Shown piece by piece: positions 18,892 through 28,652 of a stretch of DNA of 64,000 nt (position 1 is the first letter of the stretch; every line of letters starts with the position of its first letter). The position numbers and the translations under genes were made by a program. The notes under the pieces were generated by a model. It did no database searches, was not told the origin of the DNA, and worked only from the letters and a program-made list of their open reading frames with translations. The stretch is from an uncultured Anaerolineales bacterium (GTDB lineage Bacteria; Chloroflexota; Anaerolineae; UBA2200), in assembly GCA_964478075.1 (NCBI GenBank), contig CAYZGO010000008.1, forward strand, positions 37,284 to 101,283, in the 5' to 3' direction.

Positions 18892-21528
18892 ATGCGCGTC
18901 ATATTGTGGCTTGAAGAGATAGAAGCAGAAGATGGCGCTCAGGTTGGCAGCAAGGCGCTCAATCTGGCTGAAATAGCCCGGGCAGGCTTCTATGTGCCGG
19001 CCGGGTTCTGCATTGCCGCCGCTGCTTACCAAGATCACGTTGCCGCAAATGGACTGGAACCGGTCATCTGTTCGCTGCCGTCGCTGCCAGCCGTTCAAGT
19101 GCGAGCCGCAGCGTCACGCCTGCGGGAAGCGATCAGAGCGGGCCGCATGAGCGCAAAAGTGCGCAACGCCATATTGAGCGCATACCAGGAATTGACGACT
19201 GGCAGGGAAGCAATGCATCTGGCGGTTGCCGTGCGCTCCTCAGCCAGCGCTGAGGACTTGCCAACAGCATCCTTCGCAGGCCAACAGGATACGCTGTTAA
19301 GCGTACGTGACGAACAGCAGTTGCTGCAGGCTATCCGGCAATGCTGGGCTTCGCTCTGGTCGCTGCAAGCAGTGCTCTATCGGGCAAACCGCGGCCTGAC
19401 GGAGCAGCCGCCGGTGATGGCTGTCCTGGTGCAGTTGATGGTAGACGCCGAGGCTGCAGGCGTGGCCTTTTCGCTGCATCCAACCACTGGCGAGGAGAGG
19501 ATTGTCGTAGAGGCGGCCTTTGGCCTGGGTGAGCCAGTAGTTAGTGGCACAGGCGACGTTGACCGCTACCTGGTGAGCCGAGAAACGTGTACTGAGATCG
19601 AGCTGCCTTTGATCGCGCACAAGCTACAGAAACAGGTTATGGCTGCCCAGGGTGGCTTGCGGAGTGTAGAGGTGCCTGTGGACGCACAGGATACCCGCGT
19701 ATTGACCCCCGAACAGGCAGGGCAGATTGCAGAGACCGTGTTGGCTCTGGCGCGACATTTTGGCTGCCCTCAGGACATGGAGTGGGCTTTTGCTGAGGGA
19801 CAGCTGTACGTCTTGCAGTCACGTCCGATAACTACTAGTGCCCGCAGTTTCTTCACCGACATCTTCCCTGGAGACGACAACATCTGGACCTCGGGCTTCC
19901 TTGACGAACGCTTTCCGCTGCCGGTCTCACCGCTTGGCTGGTCGGTAGTCGGGGAGTTGTTGGAGGAGCTTGCCTTTCGTGACCCACTGCGCTATCTGGG
20001 CCTGAAGGGCGTGGAGCAACTGCGCATCACCAAACTGTATCGAGGCCACCCGTACGTTGACATGTTTGTGTTCCAGACGCTCTACAAGGTACTTCCCGAT
20101 TCCCTGCTGCCCGAGGACGCATACCGCTACTTCCCGGATGGGAAAACAGAGCTTCGCCTGCTGGTAGAGTACCCTCGTTCTCCTTTGGACGCGCGTTTCT
20201 TGCTCTCGATAGCTCGGCCCTTTGTGCGGCAACCAGCGTTGTGGTCGCCGTGGCACAGCTATCGAGTGTGGGCCAGCTTCACAGTTCGACACGAGAATTG
20301 CAGCCACCAACTTGAGGCGGAATTCAAGGCCTTGCGCGACAGCGACGCGAAAGAGCAACGCATCTGGGCCACGATAGACAAGGCCCAGCAGCTGAACGCA
20401 GAATTACTGTCCTTACATCGTTGGAGCCTTACCTTTGCTGACCTGACTTACACCCTCTTGCGTCGCCTGGTTCGGACCTGGGCCGAGCAGGAAGAAGCGT
20501 TGAGGCTGTGCACCTGTCTCGTGACTGGCCTGCCGAACAAGTCTCTGGAGATGGACTGTGCGCTGCGTGACCTGGCCCAGATACAGGATGCAACTGCCTT
20601 CGCTGAGGCTTTCGCTGCCTTCTTGACTCGCTATGGTCACCGCTCCTTTAGCTTGGACATCTGCTATCCTTCCTTCGCTGCTGAGCCTACGCAAGTCATG
20701 GATCTGCTGGCGCATCTGAAGCGAGGAATTGACAGGCCATGGGAGGACCGTGCTACAGCCCGCGAGCAGGCCCAGCGTGCAGTGCGCAAGTTGCTCAGCA
20801 CCGGTCCGCTGGGATGGTTGAAACGGGCACTTTTCCATCACGTCCTGCACTTGACGCAGTGCTACATGCCATTGCGGGAAGAACAGCGCTTCTACTGGCA
20901 GAAGGCGCTCTCTCTCACGCGCGGACTTTTCCTGCTTCTAGGCAGGCGTATGGCAGACGCCGGGATCCTGGATCACCATGAGCACGTCTTTTTCCTGACC
21001 AAGGCAGAGATTGAAGCCTATGTGCATGGGCGTGTGAACGGTGATGGCTATGCTGCATTGGCTTTCACAAGGAAGCAGCAGTTTGCACGTTTGTGTCAGG
21101 AATTCGACGTTGCTCCCCACTGGTCCTATCCGCCCTTCCTGCGCGGGAATCGGCCTTTGGAGATTGAGCAGCATAAGCGTGAGCAACAATTCAAAGGACA
21201 TGGTGTGAGTCCTGGCCTGGCACGGGGACGTGCTGTCGTACTGTTCTCTCCTGCTGAGTTCAGCAAAGTCAGGTCTGGCGACGTCCTGGTCACACGCGGT
21301 GTGGATCCGGGATGGACACCCATCTTCAGCTTGTTGAGCGCTCTGGTCCTCGAGCACGGAGGGCAGCTCTCGCATGGAGCGGTGGTTGCCAGAGAGTATG
21401 GGCTACCAGCCGTGGCCGGCATTCCAGGTATCACCCAATTACTGCGCGATGGCGACGCAGTGGTCGTGGATGGTCTAAATGGCATCGTGGCCAGAGAGTC
21501 GGGGAATGAGGAACAGCTGGTTACGTGA
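18892..21528 (+). CDS. PEP-utilizing enzyme family protein with rifampin-phosphotransferase (Rph)-like architecture
   Basis: 878 aa. N-terminal PPDK-type ATP-grasp/pyruvate-binding domain, long central domain, and a C-terminal PEP-utilizer mobile His domain (LEHGGQLSHGAVVAREYGLPAV). No C-terminal TIM-barrel. This matches the domain order I recall for Rph, not PpsA. Confidence 0.7.
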   Translation: MRVILWLEEIEAEDGAQVGSKALNLAEIARAGFYVPAGFCIAAAAYQDHVAANGLEPVICSLPSLPAVQVRAAASRLREAIRAGRMSAKVRNAILSAYQELTTGREAMHLAVAVRSSASAEDLPTASFAGQQDTLLSVRDEQQLLQAIRQCWASLWSLQAVLYRANRGLTEQPPVMAVLVQLMVDAEAAGVAFSLHPTTGEERIVVEAAFGLGEPVVSGTGDVDRYLVSRETCTEIELPLIAHKLQKQVMAAQGGLRSVEVPVDAQDTRVLTPEQAGQIAETVLALARHFGCPQDMEWAFAEGQLYVLQSRPITTSARSFFTDIFPGDDNIWTSGFLDERFPLPVSPLGWSVVGELLEELAFRDPLRYLGLKGVEQLRITKLYRGHPYVDMFVFQTLYKVLPDSLLPEDAYRYFPDGKTELRLLVEYPRSPLDARFLLSIARPFVRQPALWSPWHSYRVWASFTVRHENCSHQLEAEFKALRDSDAKEQRIWATIDKAQQLNAELLSLHRWSLTFADLTYTLLRRLVRTWAEQEEALRLCTCLVTGLPNKSLEMDCALRDLAQIQDATAFAEAFAAFLTRYGHRSFSLDICYPSFAAEPTQVMDLLAHLKRGIDRPWEDRATAREQAQRAVRKLLSTGPLGWLKRALFHHVLHLTQCYMPLREEQRFYWQKALSLTRGLFLLLGRRMADAGILDHHEHVFFLTKAEIEAYVHGRVNGDGYAALAFTRKQQFARLCQEFDVAPHWSYPPFLRGNRPLEIEQHKREQQFKGHGVSPGLARGRAVVLFSPAEFSKVRSGDVLVTRGVDPGWTPIFSLLSALVLEHGGQLSHGAVVAREYGLPAVAGIPGITQLLRDGDAVVVDGLNGIVARESGNEEQLVT

Positions 21529-21639
21529 TTTTCAAACAGCCCACAGGCGCCAATTGGTTCGACACAGATGTGCCTTTGCAGTATAATGTGGTTAGGAGCC
21601 CCTCTACTCTGCCATGCAGTGCCGCGATTGCCTTGCCTA

Positions 21640-21710
21640 GTCGGCAAGACTTTGCCTCGCCCAGTCGGCAAGACTTTGCCCTGCCTGGTCGGCAAGGGGA
21701 CAATGTGCAA
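21640..21710. repeat. Three tandem 24-nt repeats (GCCyrGTCGGCAAGACTTTGCC), each palindromic (CTTGCC...GGCAAG)
   Basis: Seen directly in the sequence, upstream of tsaE. Confidence 0.7.
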
Positions 21711-21759
21711 GGCGATTCTTCGGATAGGTACTCTAGACGGTGCACGAGGGGAGCGCAGG

Positions 21760-22263
21760 GTGATACCAGTTCTGACCTCTAGTAGGCTGGATCTCATTAG
21801 TCACAGCGCAGGGCAAACTCGGCGCCTGGGTGAGCGCCTTGGACGTTTGTTGCAGGCTGGAGACGTGATCTGTCTGGAGGGTGACCTGGGCACAGGCAAG
21901 ACTTGTCTGACCAAAGGCATCGGTTGCGGGTTGGGAGTGACTTCGGCAATCACGAGTCCAACTTTCATTATTGTTAACGAGTACTCACTGCCGGGTGAAG
22001 CGCACAAATTGTACCATATAGACCTCTACCGTGTGCGAACCGCGGCTGAGGCGCGGGCTTTGGGGCTGGAAGACTATTTCTACGGAGACGGCGTCTGTGT
22101 TATCGAGTGGGCCGAGCGAATCCTGGAGATTCTGCCTGACGAAAGGTTGTGGATCACCCTGTACCACCTGGATGACACAAAGAGGGAACTCGAGCTTGAG
22201 GCGCTGGGAGAGCGTTACGAGGGGCTGTTGCAACGTTTTCGCCAGGAGACCTTGAGCCTGTGA
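21760..22263 (+). CDS. tsaE: tRNA threonylcarbamoyladenosine biosynthesis ATPase TsaE
   Basis: GDLGTGKTCLTKG P-loop at the expected position. GTG start chosen to give a protein of about 168 aa. An ATG at 21706 is an alternative. Confidence 0.75.
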   Translation: MIPVLTSSRLDLISHSAGQTRRLGERLGRLLQAGDVICLEGDLGTGKTCLTKGIGCGLGVTSAITSPTFIIVNEYSLPGEAHKLYHIDLYRVRTAAEARALGLEDYFYGDGVCVIEWAERILEILPDERLWITLYHLDDTKRELELEALGERYEGLLQRFRQETLSL

Positions 22264-22937
22264 GGTCAGGGAGCACCAGCTTGCTTTTGGCCATTGACAC
22301 AGCGACGCGTATTGCAGGCATAGCGCTCTACGACCAGGATGGCCTGCGCATAGAGCAGATGTGGCGCACAGGGAACAACCATACAGTGGAGTTGATGCCG
22401 CGTATCGTGCGCGCCTGTGAGCAGCAGGGCCTGGCTCCTTCAGCATTGGGAGCAGTAGCTGTTTCGCTCGGTCCTGGCTCTTTCACTGGCCTGCGCGTTG
22501 GCCTCAGCGTGGCCAAAGGACTGGCACTAGCGCTGAACATTCCTTTGCTGGGCGTACCAACTCTTGATGCCAGTGCCTACGCTCACTCCCGTGAACTTTT
22601 GCCTGTCTGTGCCGTCCTGCAAGCGGGTCGGGGAAGGCTATGTGTCGCCTTTTATCAGAGAATCGGCGGTGACTGGCAACGCCGCAGTGACTATGTTTTG
22701 ATGAGCCCTGACAGCTTGGCAGCCTCCCTGAAGGAGCCGACGTTCATCTGTGGCGAGATTGACCTTCATCTGGCCGAGGCATTGCGTACAGCCGCTCCCG
22801 AGCAAGCCATTGTCGCTAGGCCAGCTTCCGCCCTCCGGCGCGTGGGTTACCTGGCGGAATTAGCCTGGCAGCGATTCGTTGCTGGGGAATACGATGCCCC
22901 GGCCTCGCTGACGCCTATCTACCTGCAGCGTGCGTGA
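22260..22937 (+). CDS. tsaB: tRNA threonylcarbamoyladenosine biosynthesis protein TsaB
   Basis: LLLAIDTATRIAGIALYD N-terminus of YeaZ/TsaB. Its GTG overlaps the tsaE TGA (GTGA). Confidence 0.8.
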   Translation: MRSGSTSLLLAIDTATRIAGIALYDQDGLRIEQMWRTGNNHTVELMPRIVRACEQQGLAPSALGAVAVSLGPGSFTGLRVGLSVAKGLALALNIPLLGVPTLDASAYAHSRELLPVCAVLQAGRGRLCVAFYQRIGGDWQRRSDYVLMSPDSLAASLKEPTFICGEIDLHLAEALRTAAPEQAIVARPASALRRVGYLAELAWQRFVAGEYDAPASLTPIYLQRA

Positions 22938-22941
22938 ACCA

Positions 22942-23607
22942 ATGTCGGGAATGAGCACTAACAAGAATCCCTATATTGTGGAGAAAATGACCCTCGATGA
23001 CGTACCTGCCGTAGCTGCTATTGAGCAGATGGTGTTTCCTTTGCCTTGGTCTGTTCATGCCTTTGAGCATGAACTGCGATACAATTCTACGGGTCACTTC
23101 GTGGTAGTCCGGCTACGACAGCATAGTGCTGTTGGGAAGAAGACGGTCAGCCTGAGAAGAAACCCAAAGAGGGAGCCAAAACAAGGACCGACACCTCGTC
23201 TAGTCCTTGGCTATGGCGGGTTCTGGCTCCTCCTCGATGAGGCACACATTTGTACGCTGGCAGTGCATCCTGGATGGCGGGGCCGTGGCCTTGGCGAGTT
23301 GCTGTTAACTAGCTTGATTGACCACGCCACAGAGCTACATGTAGCGGTCATGACCTTGGAAGTACGTGCATCCAATCTGGGGGCACAGAAGCTGTACCGG
23401 AAATACGGCTTTGTCAGAGTAGGCTTGCACAAAGGGTACTACTCGGACAATCACGAAGATGCTCTAATCATGGGCACTGAACACATATCGTCAGCAGCCT
23501 TTCAAGGGCGCTTTCAGGCGCTCAAGGCTTCACTTTGGCCAAGACTGGCTGCAGGTGGTTTCAGTATGCAAGTAGACTATCAAGTCACGGAGACACGAAG
23601 AAGATAA
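22942..23607 (+). CDS. rimI: Ribosomal-protein-alanine N-acetyltransferase RimI-like GNAT with an internal basic insert and a C-terminal extension
   Basis: MTLDDVPAVAAIEQMVFPLPWS and GRGLGELLL acetyl-CoA motif. There is an unusual roughly 40-aa K/R-rich insert (RLRQHSAVGKKTVSLRRNPKREPKQGPTPR). Start is ambiguous. Confidence 0.65.
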   Translation: MSGMSTNKNPYIVEKMTLDDVPAVAAIEQMVFPLPWSVHAFEHELRYNSTGHFVVVRLRQHSAVGKKTVSLRRNPKREPKQGPTPRLVLGYGGFWLLLDEAHICTLAVHPGWRGRGLGELLLTSLIDHATELHVAVMTLEVRASNLGAQKLYRKYGFVRVGLHKGYYSDNHEDALIMGTEHISSAAFQGRFQALKASLWPRLAAGGFSMQVDYQVTETRRR

Positions 23608-23755
23608 GAACATGGCATGAGGCGCATAGTTCTGTGATCTTGGTGTTTTTGTGTCTTAATGGTAGATTTCGGACAGTTGACTCAGATCGCATCATGGTGT
23701 TAGAATTATGAGTGCCAGTGCTTGACTAGCAGAGAACCTCTTAGGAGATTGCAAG

Positions 23756-25150
23756 ATGCCGCGCAGGACTAACTGGCTCTTGAGCCTTCTTACTGCTGTA
23801 GTAGATGCAGAGATGATCGCCGTGGCATTCTTTGCTGCCTACTTGGTGCGCCGTGTCACTGAATATCCGCGTCCGCTCACTCCGCAGCCATTTAGCCACT
23901 ACAGTGGCATGCTGCTAATCCACGTATGCACTCTATTGGCCACGTTCTTCTTTTACCGGCTATATCATTTCAAGCGCGGCCTCTCGCGTATTGACAAATC
24001 CTACTCTATCGTGGCTGCCGTCTCATTCGGCACCGTGGCTTCAATTGCCTTAACCTCTTTTCTTTACAAGAACGAGTTGGACTATCCTCGGGCTATGGTC
24101 ATCTACGCCTGGATATTGAGCATTATATTTGTGGCGGTGGGACGGCTGCTCACCGATCACTTTCATGCCAGATACCGCAGGGCCAATCCCGCGCGCGTGC
24201 TCGTTGTGGGCGCTGGCGACGTAGGACGAATGATTCTGCAAAAGATAAACCAGTCTCCCAATCTTGGATACCAGCCGGTAGGCTTTGCGGATGACACGCC
24301 AGGACGTAAAGAAGTAGCTGGCCTGCCTATCCTTGGCAATAGCAGCCAGGTTGGGTTTCTCATCCGTGAGCACAATGTGCAGGAAGTGATTATCGGCCTG
24401 CCTGAGGCCAGTCACGAGGAAATCCTGGACCTCATCTCCCAGTGTGAACGGGAGAAGGCTACTGTCCGTGTCTTCCCCGATGTATTTCAGATCATTGCTT
24501 CGGAAGTCAGCATTGATGAACTGAATGGCCTGCCTTTGCTCACCGTTCGCGACGTGGCACTACGAGGCTGGCGTCTGGCGGTGAAACGCACTATGGACTT
24601 GATCGTGAGCGCAGTGATCCTGGTTTTGGTTTCTCCCTTTATACTGCTTACTGCGCTCTTGATCAAGCTGGACTCGCCTGGGCCAGTATTCTTCGCTCAG
24701 GAGCGGATGGGCTTAGACGCCCGGCCTTTTCAGATACTCAAGTTCCGTTCCATGCGCGCTGATGCTGAGAAAGAAACGGGGCCAGTATGGGCCACGCCAG
24801 ACGATCCACGGCGTACCCGGCTGGGGGCCTTCATTCGCCGCCATTCCATAGACGAGTTGCCACAGTTGATCAACGTTCTTGTAGGCGATATGAGCCTTGT
24901 GGGGCCACGACCGGAGCGCCCTGTGTTCGCAGAACAGTTCCGCCAAGTTGTGCCACGTTACATGGAACGTCACAAGGAGAAAGCAGGCATCACCGGTTGG
25001 GCGCAAATCAACGGTCTGCGCGGGGACACGTCCATCGTAGAACGCACCAAGTATGACCTGTGGTACATTGAGAACTGGTCATTGCTTCTGGATCTCAAGA
25101 TTCTCCTCAGAACAGTATTCAACGTGTTCGGCGACAGGAGTGCCTACTAG
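23756..25150 (+). CDS. Undecaprenyl-phosphate sugar phosphotransferase (WbaP/EpsL-type exopolysaccharide priming transferase)
   Basis: Multi-TM N-terminus and a C-terminal bacterial sugar transferase domain ([24 protein letters not shown]). AGGAG RBS. Confidence 0.85.
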   Translation: MPRRTNWLLSLLTAVVDAEMIAVAFFAAYLVRRVTEYPRPLTPQPFSHYSGMLLIHVCTLLATFFFYRLYHFKRGLSRIDKSYSIVAAVSFGTVASIALTSFLYKNELDYPRAMVIYAWILSIIFVAVGRLLTDHFHARYRRANPARVLVVGAGDVGRMILQKINQSPNLGYQPVGFADDTPGRKEVAGLPILGNSSQVGFLIREHNVQEVIIGLPEASHEEILDLISQCEREKATVRVFPDVFQIIASEVSIDELNGLPLLTVRDVALRGWRLAVKRTMDLIVSAVILVLVSPFILLTALLIKLDSPGPVFFAQERMGLDARPFQILKFRSMRADAEKETGPVWATPDDPRRTRLGAFIRRHSIDELPQLINVLVGDMSLVGPRPERPVFAEQFRQVVPRYMERHKEKAGITGWAQINGLRGDTSIVERTKYDLWYIENWSLLLDLKILLRTVFNVFGDRSAY

Positions 25151-25159
25151 CGGCTCATT

Positions 25160-26317
25160 ATGCGCATTGTGATCTTTAGCAACGCCTACAAGCCTACCGT
25201 AAGTGGGGTGGTGACGTCTATCGCCCTATTCCGTCGAGGGTTGATTGAGGCCGGCCATGAAGTGCATATCATCGCCCCCGAATACACAGACTTTGAGGAC
25301 GAGGAGCCTTACGTCTTCCGTTTTCCCGCCCTTGACCTGAGTGAGCAGGTAGATATCTCCTTGGTGATGCCGCTCAAGGCGCCGATGACGCCAACGGTGC
25401 GCGGCATCAAGCCGGCCCTCCTCCACAGTCAACATCCTATTTTGATGGGTGACCTCGCGGTTGGCTTTGCGCGCGATTTGAATTTGCCACTGGTCTTCAC
25501 CTTCCACACCCCCTACGACGAGTATGCCCGGCAGTACGTTCCCATCGTGGGCGAGCTGGCCAGCCTAGTTACTGAGCAGATCGTCAGACGCTACCTGGGA
25601 AAGTGCACCCACGTCGTGGCACCCACTTCCAGCGTTCGCGATCTCATATTGCGTGACTATGCAGCCGATGTTCCGGTGACCGTCGTGCCGACGCCGGTGG
25701 ACCTGGGCCAATACCACGACTTGGACCCACAGCGCATTCGCAGCGCCCTCGGGCTGGAGAACGCTGAACTCGTGCTGTACACAGGCCGGTTGGCACCCGA
25801 GAAGAACCTCGATTTCTTGCTGCGCGCATTCGCCAGGGTTGCAGCCACGCGTTCCCAGGCCCGCTTGCTACTGGTGGGCAAAGGACCACACGAACGCCGT
25901 ACGCAACGCACAGTGCGAAAACTCGGCCTCGGCGAGCGGGTTGTCTTCACCGGACCCATTCCCCACAGCGAGGTACCGCACTATGCGGCCGCCGCTGACC
26001 TGTTCGTCTTCCCTTCTCTGATCGATGTGCAGCCCTTAGTGCTGATCGAATCCATGGCCGCAGGCACCCCCGTGGTCGCCATGGAGGCGCCCGGCCCAGC
26101 GGACGTGTTGAGCAGAGGAGGGGGCCTGCTTGTGCCGCCTGAAGAGGATGCCTTCGCTGCAGCGGTGCTGGAGTTGCTCAGCGACGAGCCGCGCCGCCGG
26201 GCGATGGGAGAACAGGCTGCACAGGCGGCGCAGCGATACAACATCCCGTCTGCTACCGCACGCCTGGTCGCCGTCTACGAGGAGGCCATTACTGCTGGCC
26301 CGCGTGCAGGGAAGTAG
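25160..26317 (+). CDS. Glycosyltransferase family 4
   Basis: GT4 fold; E-x7-E-like region near the C-terminus. Confidence 0.75.
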   Translation: MRIVIFSNAYKPTVSGVVTSIALFRRGLIEAGHEVHIIAPEYTDFEDEEPYVFRFPALDLSEQVDISLVMPLKAPMTPTVRGIKPALLHSQHPILMGDLAVGFARDLNLPLVFTFHTPYDEYARQYVPIVGELASLVTEQIVRRYLGKCTHVVAPTSSVRDLILRDYAADVPVTVVPTPVDLGQYHDLDPQRIRSALGLENAELVLYTGRLAPEKNLDFLLRAFARVAATRSQARLLLVGKGPHERRTQRTVRKLGLGERVVFTGPIPHSEVPHYAAAADLFVFPSLIDVQPLVLIESMAAGTPVVAMEAPGPADVLSRGGGLLVPPEEDAFAAAVLELLSDEPRRRAMGEQAAQAAQRYNIPSATARLVAVYEEAITAGPRAGK

Positions 26318-26375
26318 GAGGTGGTCACGCCGGCCACGCTCAGTCGAACGCAGTAGCCTACCACTAAGCCTCGTT

Positions 26376-26410
26376 AAGACTTCCGATGTCTCGCAGACAT
26401 CGGAAGTCTT
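26376..26410 (+). terminator. Perfect 16-bp stem-loop after the GT4 gene
   Basis: AAGACTTCCGATGTCT-CGC-AGACATCGGAAGTCTT. There is no U-tract, so this is a terminator or an RNA-stability hairpin. Confidence 0.45.
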
Positions 26411-26659
26411 GTATCGCCGGCCTCGGAGGGCAATGATGAGCTTGTCCCCCAAGGTTGCCCATCATTACGCGTAAGTGCTTTGTCAAGTGGGGAACGGCCT
26501 TCGCCCTCACCTTCCCCCGCCTCGTTTCCCCCGGCACCCCCTTCCTCTCCCAAATCTGTCGAAGATCCCGCGCGCAGCCGAGGGGGGAGAGGAAGGGGAC
26601 TAGGGGGATGGTGAGGGCCCTTCTTACATTAGACTTTTATATGAGTGGGCTCAACACTA

Positions 26660-26688
26660 TTGACAAGAACGACATATCATGGTATCAT
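26660..26688 (+). promoter_or_regulatory. Sigma-70-type promoter of the hrcA operon
   Basis: TTGACA-N17-TATCAT, located immediately 5' of CIRCE. Confidence 0.6.
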
Positions 26689-26689
26689 C

Positions 26690-26716
26690 TTAGCACTCGA
26701 TCACCAAGAGTGCTAA
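26690..26716 (+). promoter_or_regulatory. CIRCE operator (HrcA binding site)
   Basis: TTAGCACTC-GATCACCAA-GAGTGCTAA is a perfect 9-N9-9 CIRCE consensus. It lies 40 nt upstream of hrcA. Confidence 0.9.
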
Positions 26717-26755
26717 TCAGGCCGGATCTGTCTGCCTGGAAAGCGGGATTGTGAG

Positions 26756-27799
26756 TTGGTGGAGACCCTGACACAAAGACGGCAAGATATCCTGGGGACA
26801 GTGGTGCGCGAGTACATCGCTACGGCCAGGCCAGTAGGCTCGGATACGATCTGCCAAGGCTGTGGTCTGGGTATAAGCGCTGCCACTATTCGCAATGAAT
26901 TTGCGCACCTGACTGAAATGGGCTATCTCATGCAGCCCCACACATCGGCCGGCCGTGTGCCGACTGAACAGGGGTATCGCTATTTCGTAGAGAGGCTCAT
27001 GGAAGAGTCGGAACTGCCTTTGTCGGAGCAGTTGCTGATAGAGCATCAGTTCCACCAGATAGATCTTGACCTTGACCAGTGGATGAAACTCGCTGCTGCG
27101 GTTCTGGCGCGCATTGCGCAGAGTGCATCTCTGATTACTGCGCCTCAGGCCCGCCAAGTCCGCTTTCGGCACGTTGAACTTGTTTCTATTAGCGAACTAG
27201 CGGGCTTGATGATCCTGGTGCTGCAGGATAGCTCGGTGCAGCAGCAGATGATGATGTTTGCACATCCCATTGATCAAGAGGAGCTGAGTCGCATATCCAG
27301 CAAACTCAACGAGCGATTCGCCGATCTCAGCGTAGAGCAGGCACGCGCGAAAGCTCAGAGTGAAGCCAGTCCGGAGCAGAGCACGCTTGAGGCTGAGGTT
27401 ACCAGGCGGATTCTGGCCTTGATGCACTCTTATGAGGTACAGAAAAGCCGTGGGATGTATCGTGATGGGCTTGTGCACATTCTTCGTCAGCCGGAGTTCA
27501 TTGAGATCGAGCGAGCGCGCCAGATTGTGCAGGTACTGGAGCAGACCAGTGCTCTGGAAGCCATTTTCCGCGAAGCGCAACTTGCCAGCGGGGTTCAGGT
27601 TATCATTGGTGATGAGGGCAAGTGGGACGAGATCAGAGGTTACAGTGTGATCTTGTCCCGGTATGGTCTGCCTGGCGAAGCGAACGGCGTACTCGGCGTC
27701 TTGGGGCCTATACGCATGCCCTATGGACGGGCCATTCCTGCCGTACGCTACGTCGCTGCCCTCATGAGCGACTTGCTGCACCGTCTGTATGGGGAATAG
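26756..27799 (+). CDS. hrcA: Heat-inducible transcription repressor HrcA
   Basis: LTQRRQDILGTVVREYIATARPVGSDTI N-terminus and HrcA length. TTG/GTG start. Confidence 0.88.
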   Translation: MVETLTQRRQDILGTVVREYIATARPVGSDTICQGCGLGISAATIRNEFAHLTEMGYLMQPHTSAGRVPTEQGYRYFVERLMEESELPLSEQLLIEHQFHQIDLDLDQWMKLAAAVLARIAQSASLITAPQARQVRFRHVELVSISELAGLMILVLQDSSVQQQMMMFAHPIDQEELSRISSKLNERFADLSVEQARAKAQSEASPEQSTLEAEVTRRILALMHSYEVQKSRGMYRDGLVHILRQPEFIEIERARQIVQVLEQTSALEAIFREAQLASGVQVIIGDEGKWDEIRGYSVILSRYGLPGEANGVLGVLGPIRMPYGRAIPAVRYVAALMSDLLHRLYGE

Positions 27800-27822
27800 C
27801 TTTGCAGGAGGTCGGTACAACG

Positions 27823-28506
27823 ATGTTAGATGAAGACAAGGGTCAAGTAGCAGCAAGTAGCGACGCGCAGAAGGCCCAGCCTGTGCCCGAGCCAGCCGTG
27901 GACGAGAAGGCGGAAAAGAGTGCGGCAAAGCCGGAAGAGAAGCCAGCGGACATCAAAGCTCTTCAGCAAGAGCTCGAGAAGCAAACAGAGTTGTCCAAGC
28001 ATCACCTTGATCAGTGGAAACGCACGGCTGCGGGTCTGGAGAACTATCGCAGGCGCGCGGAGAAGGAACGCGAGGAACTGCTTAGGTTTGGCGATGCAGT
28101 TTTGATCACAAAGCTGCTCCCTGTACTGGATGATTTCGAACGGGCTTTTCAGACTGTGCCGGCAACGCTCAGCGACTTTACCTGGATAGAAGGTGTGGCT
28201 CTCATTGAGCGCAAGCTGCGCTTGCTTCTGGAGCAGCAAGGCCTGAGGGAAGTTGATGCTCTTGGTAAGCCATTTGACCCCAAGTTCCACCAGGCTGTCC
28301 TGCAGGAAGAAAGCACTGCTTATCCCGACGGCTATATAGTCGCTGTCCTGCAAAAGGGCTACACGCTACATGATAGAGTGCTGCGTCCTGCTATGGTGAA
28401 GGTAGCAAGGAACGAACAGGGCGGCAAGACCGTGGGCTCGGCAGAGGCAGAAGGAAACGCCCCTGCCACTGACAAGGAAAAGGAAGATGAATCCAGAACC
28501 GAATAG
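27823..28506 (+). CDS. grpE: Nucleotide exchange factor GrpE
   Basis: LEKQTELSKHHLDQWKRTAAGLENYRRRAEKE... GrpE core. AGGAGG RBS. Start placed at the ATG (MLDEDKG). The track ORF is extended upstream through the hrcA 3' end. Confidence 0.88.
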   Translation: MLDEDKGQVAASSDAQKAQPVPEPAVDEKAEKSAAKPEEKPADIKALQQELEKQTELSKHHLDQWKRTAAGLENYRRRAEKEREELLRFGDAVLITKLLPVLDDFERAFQTVPATLSDFTWIEGVALIERKLRLLLEQQGLREVDALGKPFDPKFHQAVLQEESTAYPDGYIVAVLQKGYTLHDRVLRPAMVKVARNEQGGKTVGSAEAEGNAPATDKEKEDESRTE

Positions 28507-28594
28507 TGCTGCGTCAAGCCTAGCTCGAGGCCTTGTAGTAGCGACTTCGGTCGCCAAACAAGCGGGAAAAGCGACTAAAGTCGCCACTACAAAC
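28506..28594. repeat. Palindromic interspersed element, copy 2 (family A)
   Basis: Begins at the grpE stop codon. GAGGCCTTGTAGTAGCGACTTCGGTCG...CGACTAAAGTCGCCACTACAAAC. Confidence 0.75.
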
Positions 28595-28652
28595 TAGCTA
28601 GACTGATATTGACGGAGCAGCAGTCAAGTAGTCCATTTCTGGGAGGATATGC

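Noticed and set aside
18760-19098. N-terminal 113 codons of the 17887-19098 minus-strand ORF
   Set aside because: They overlap the start and promoter of the well-supported divergent Rph-like gene and show no protein-like composition. The ORF was trimmed to 18759.
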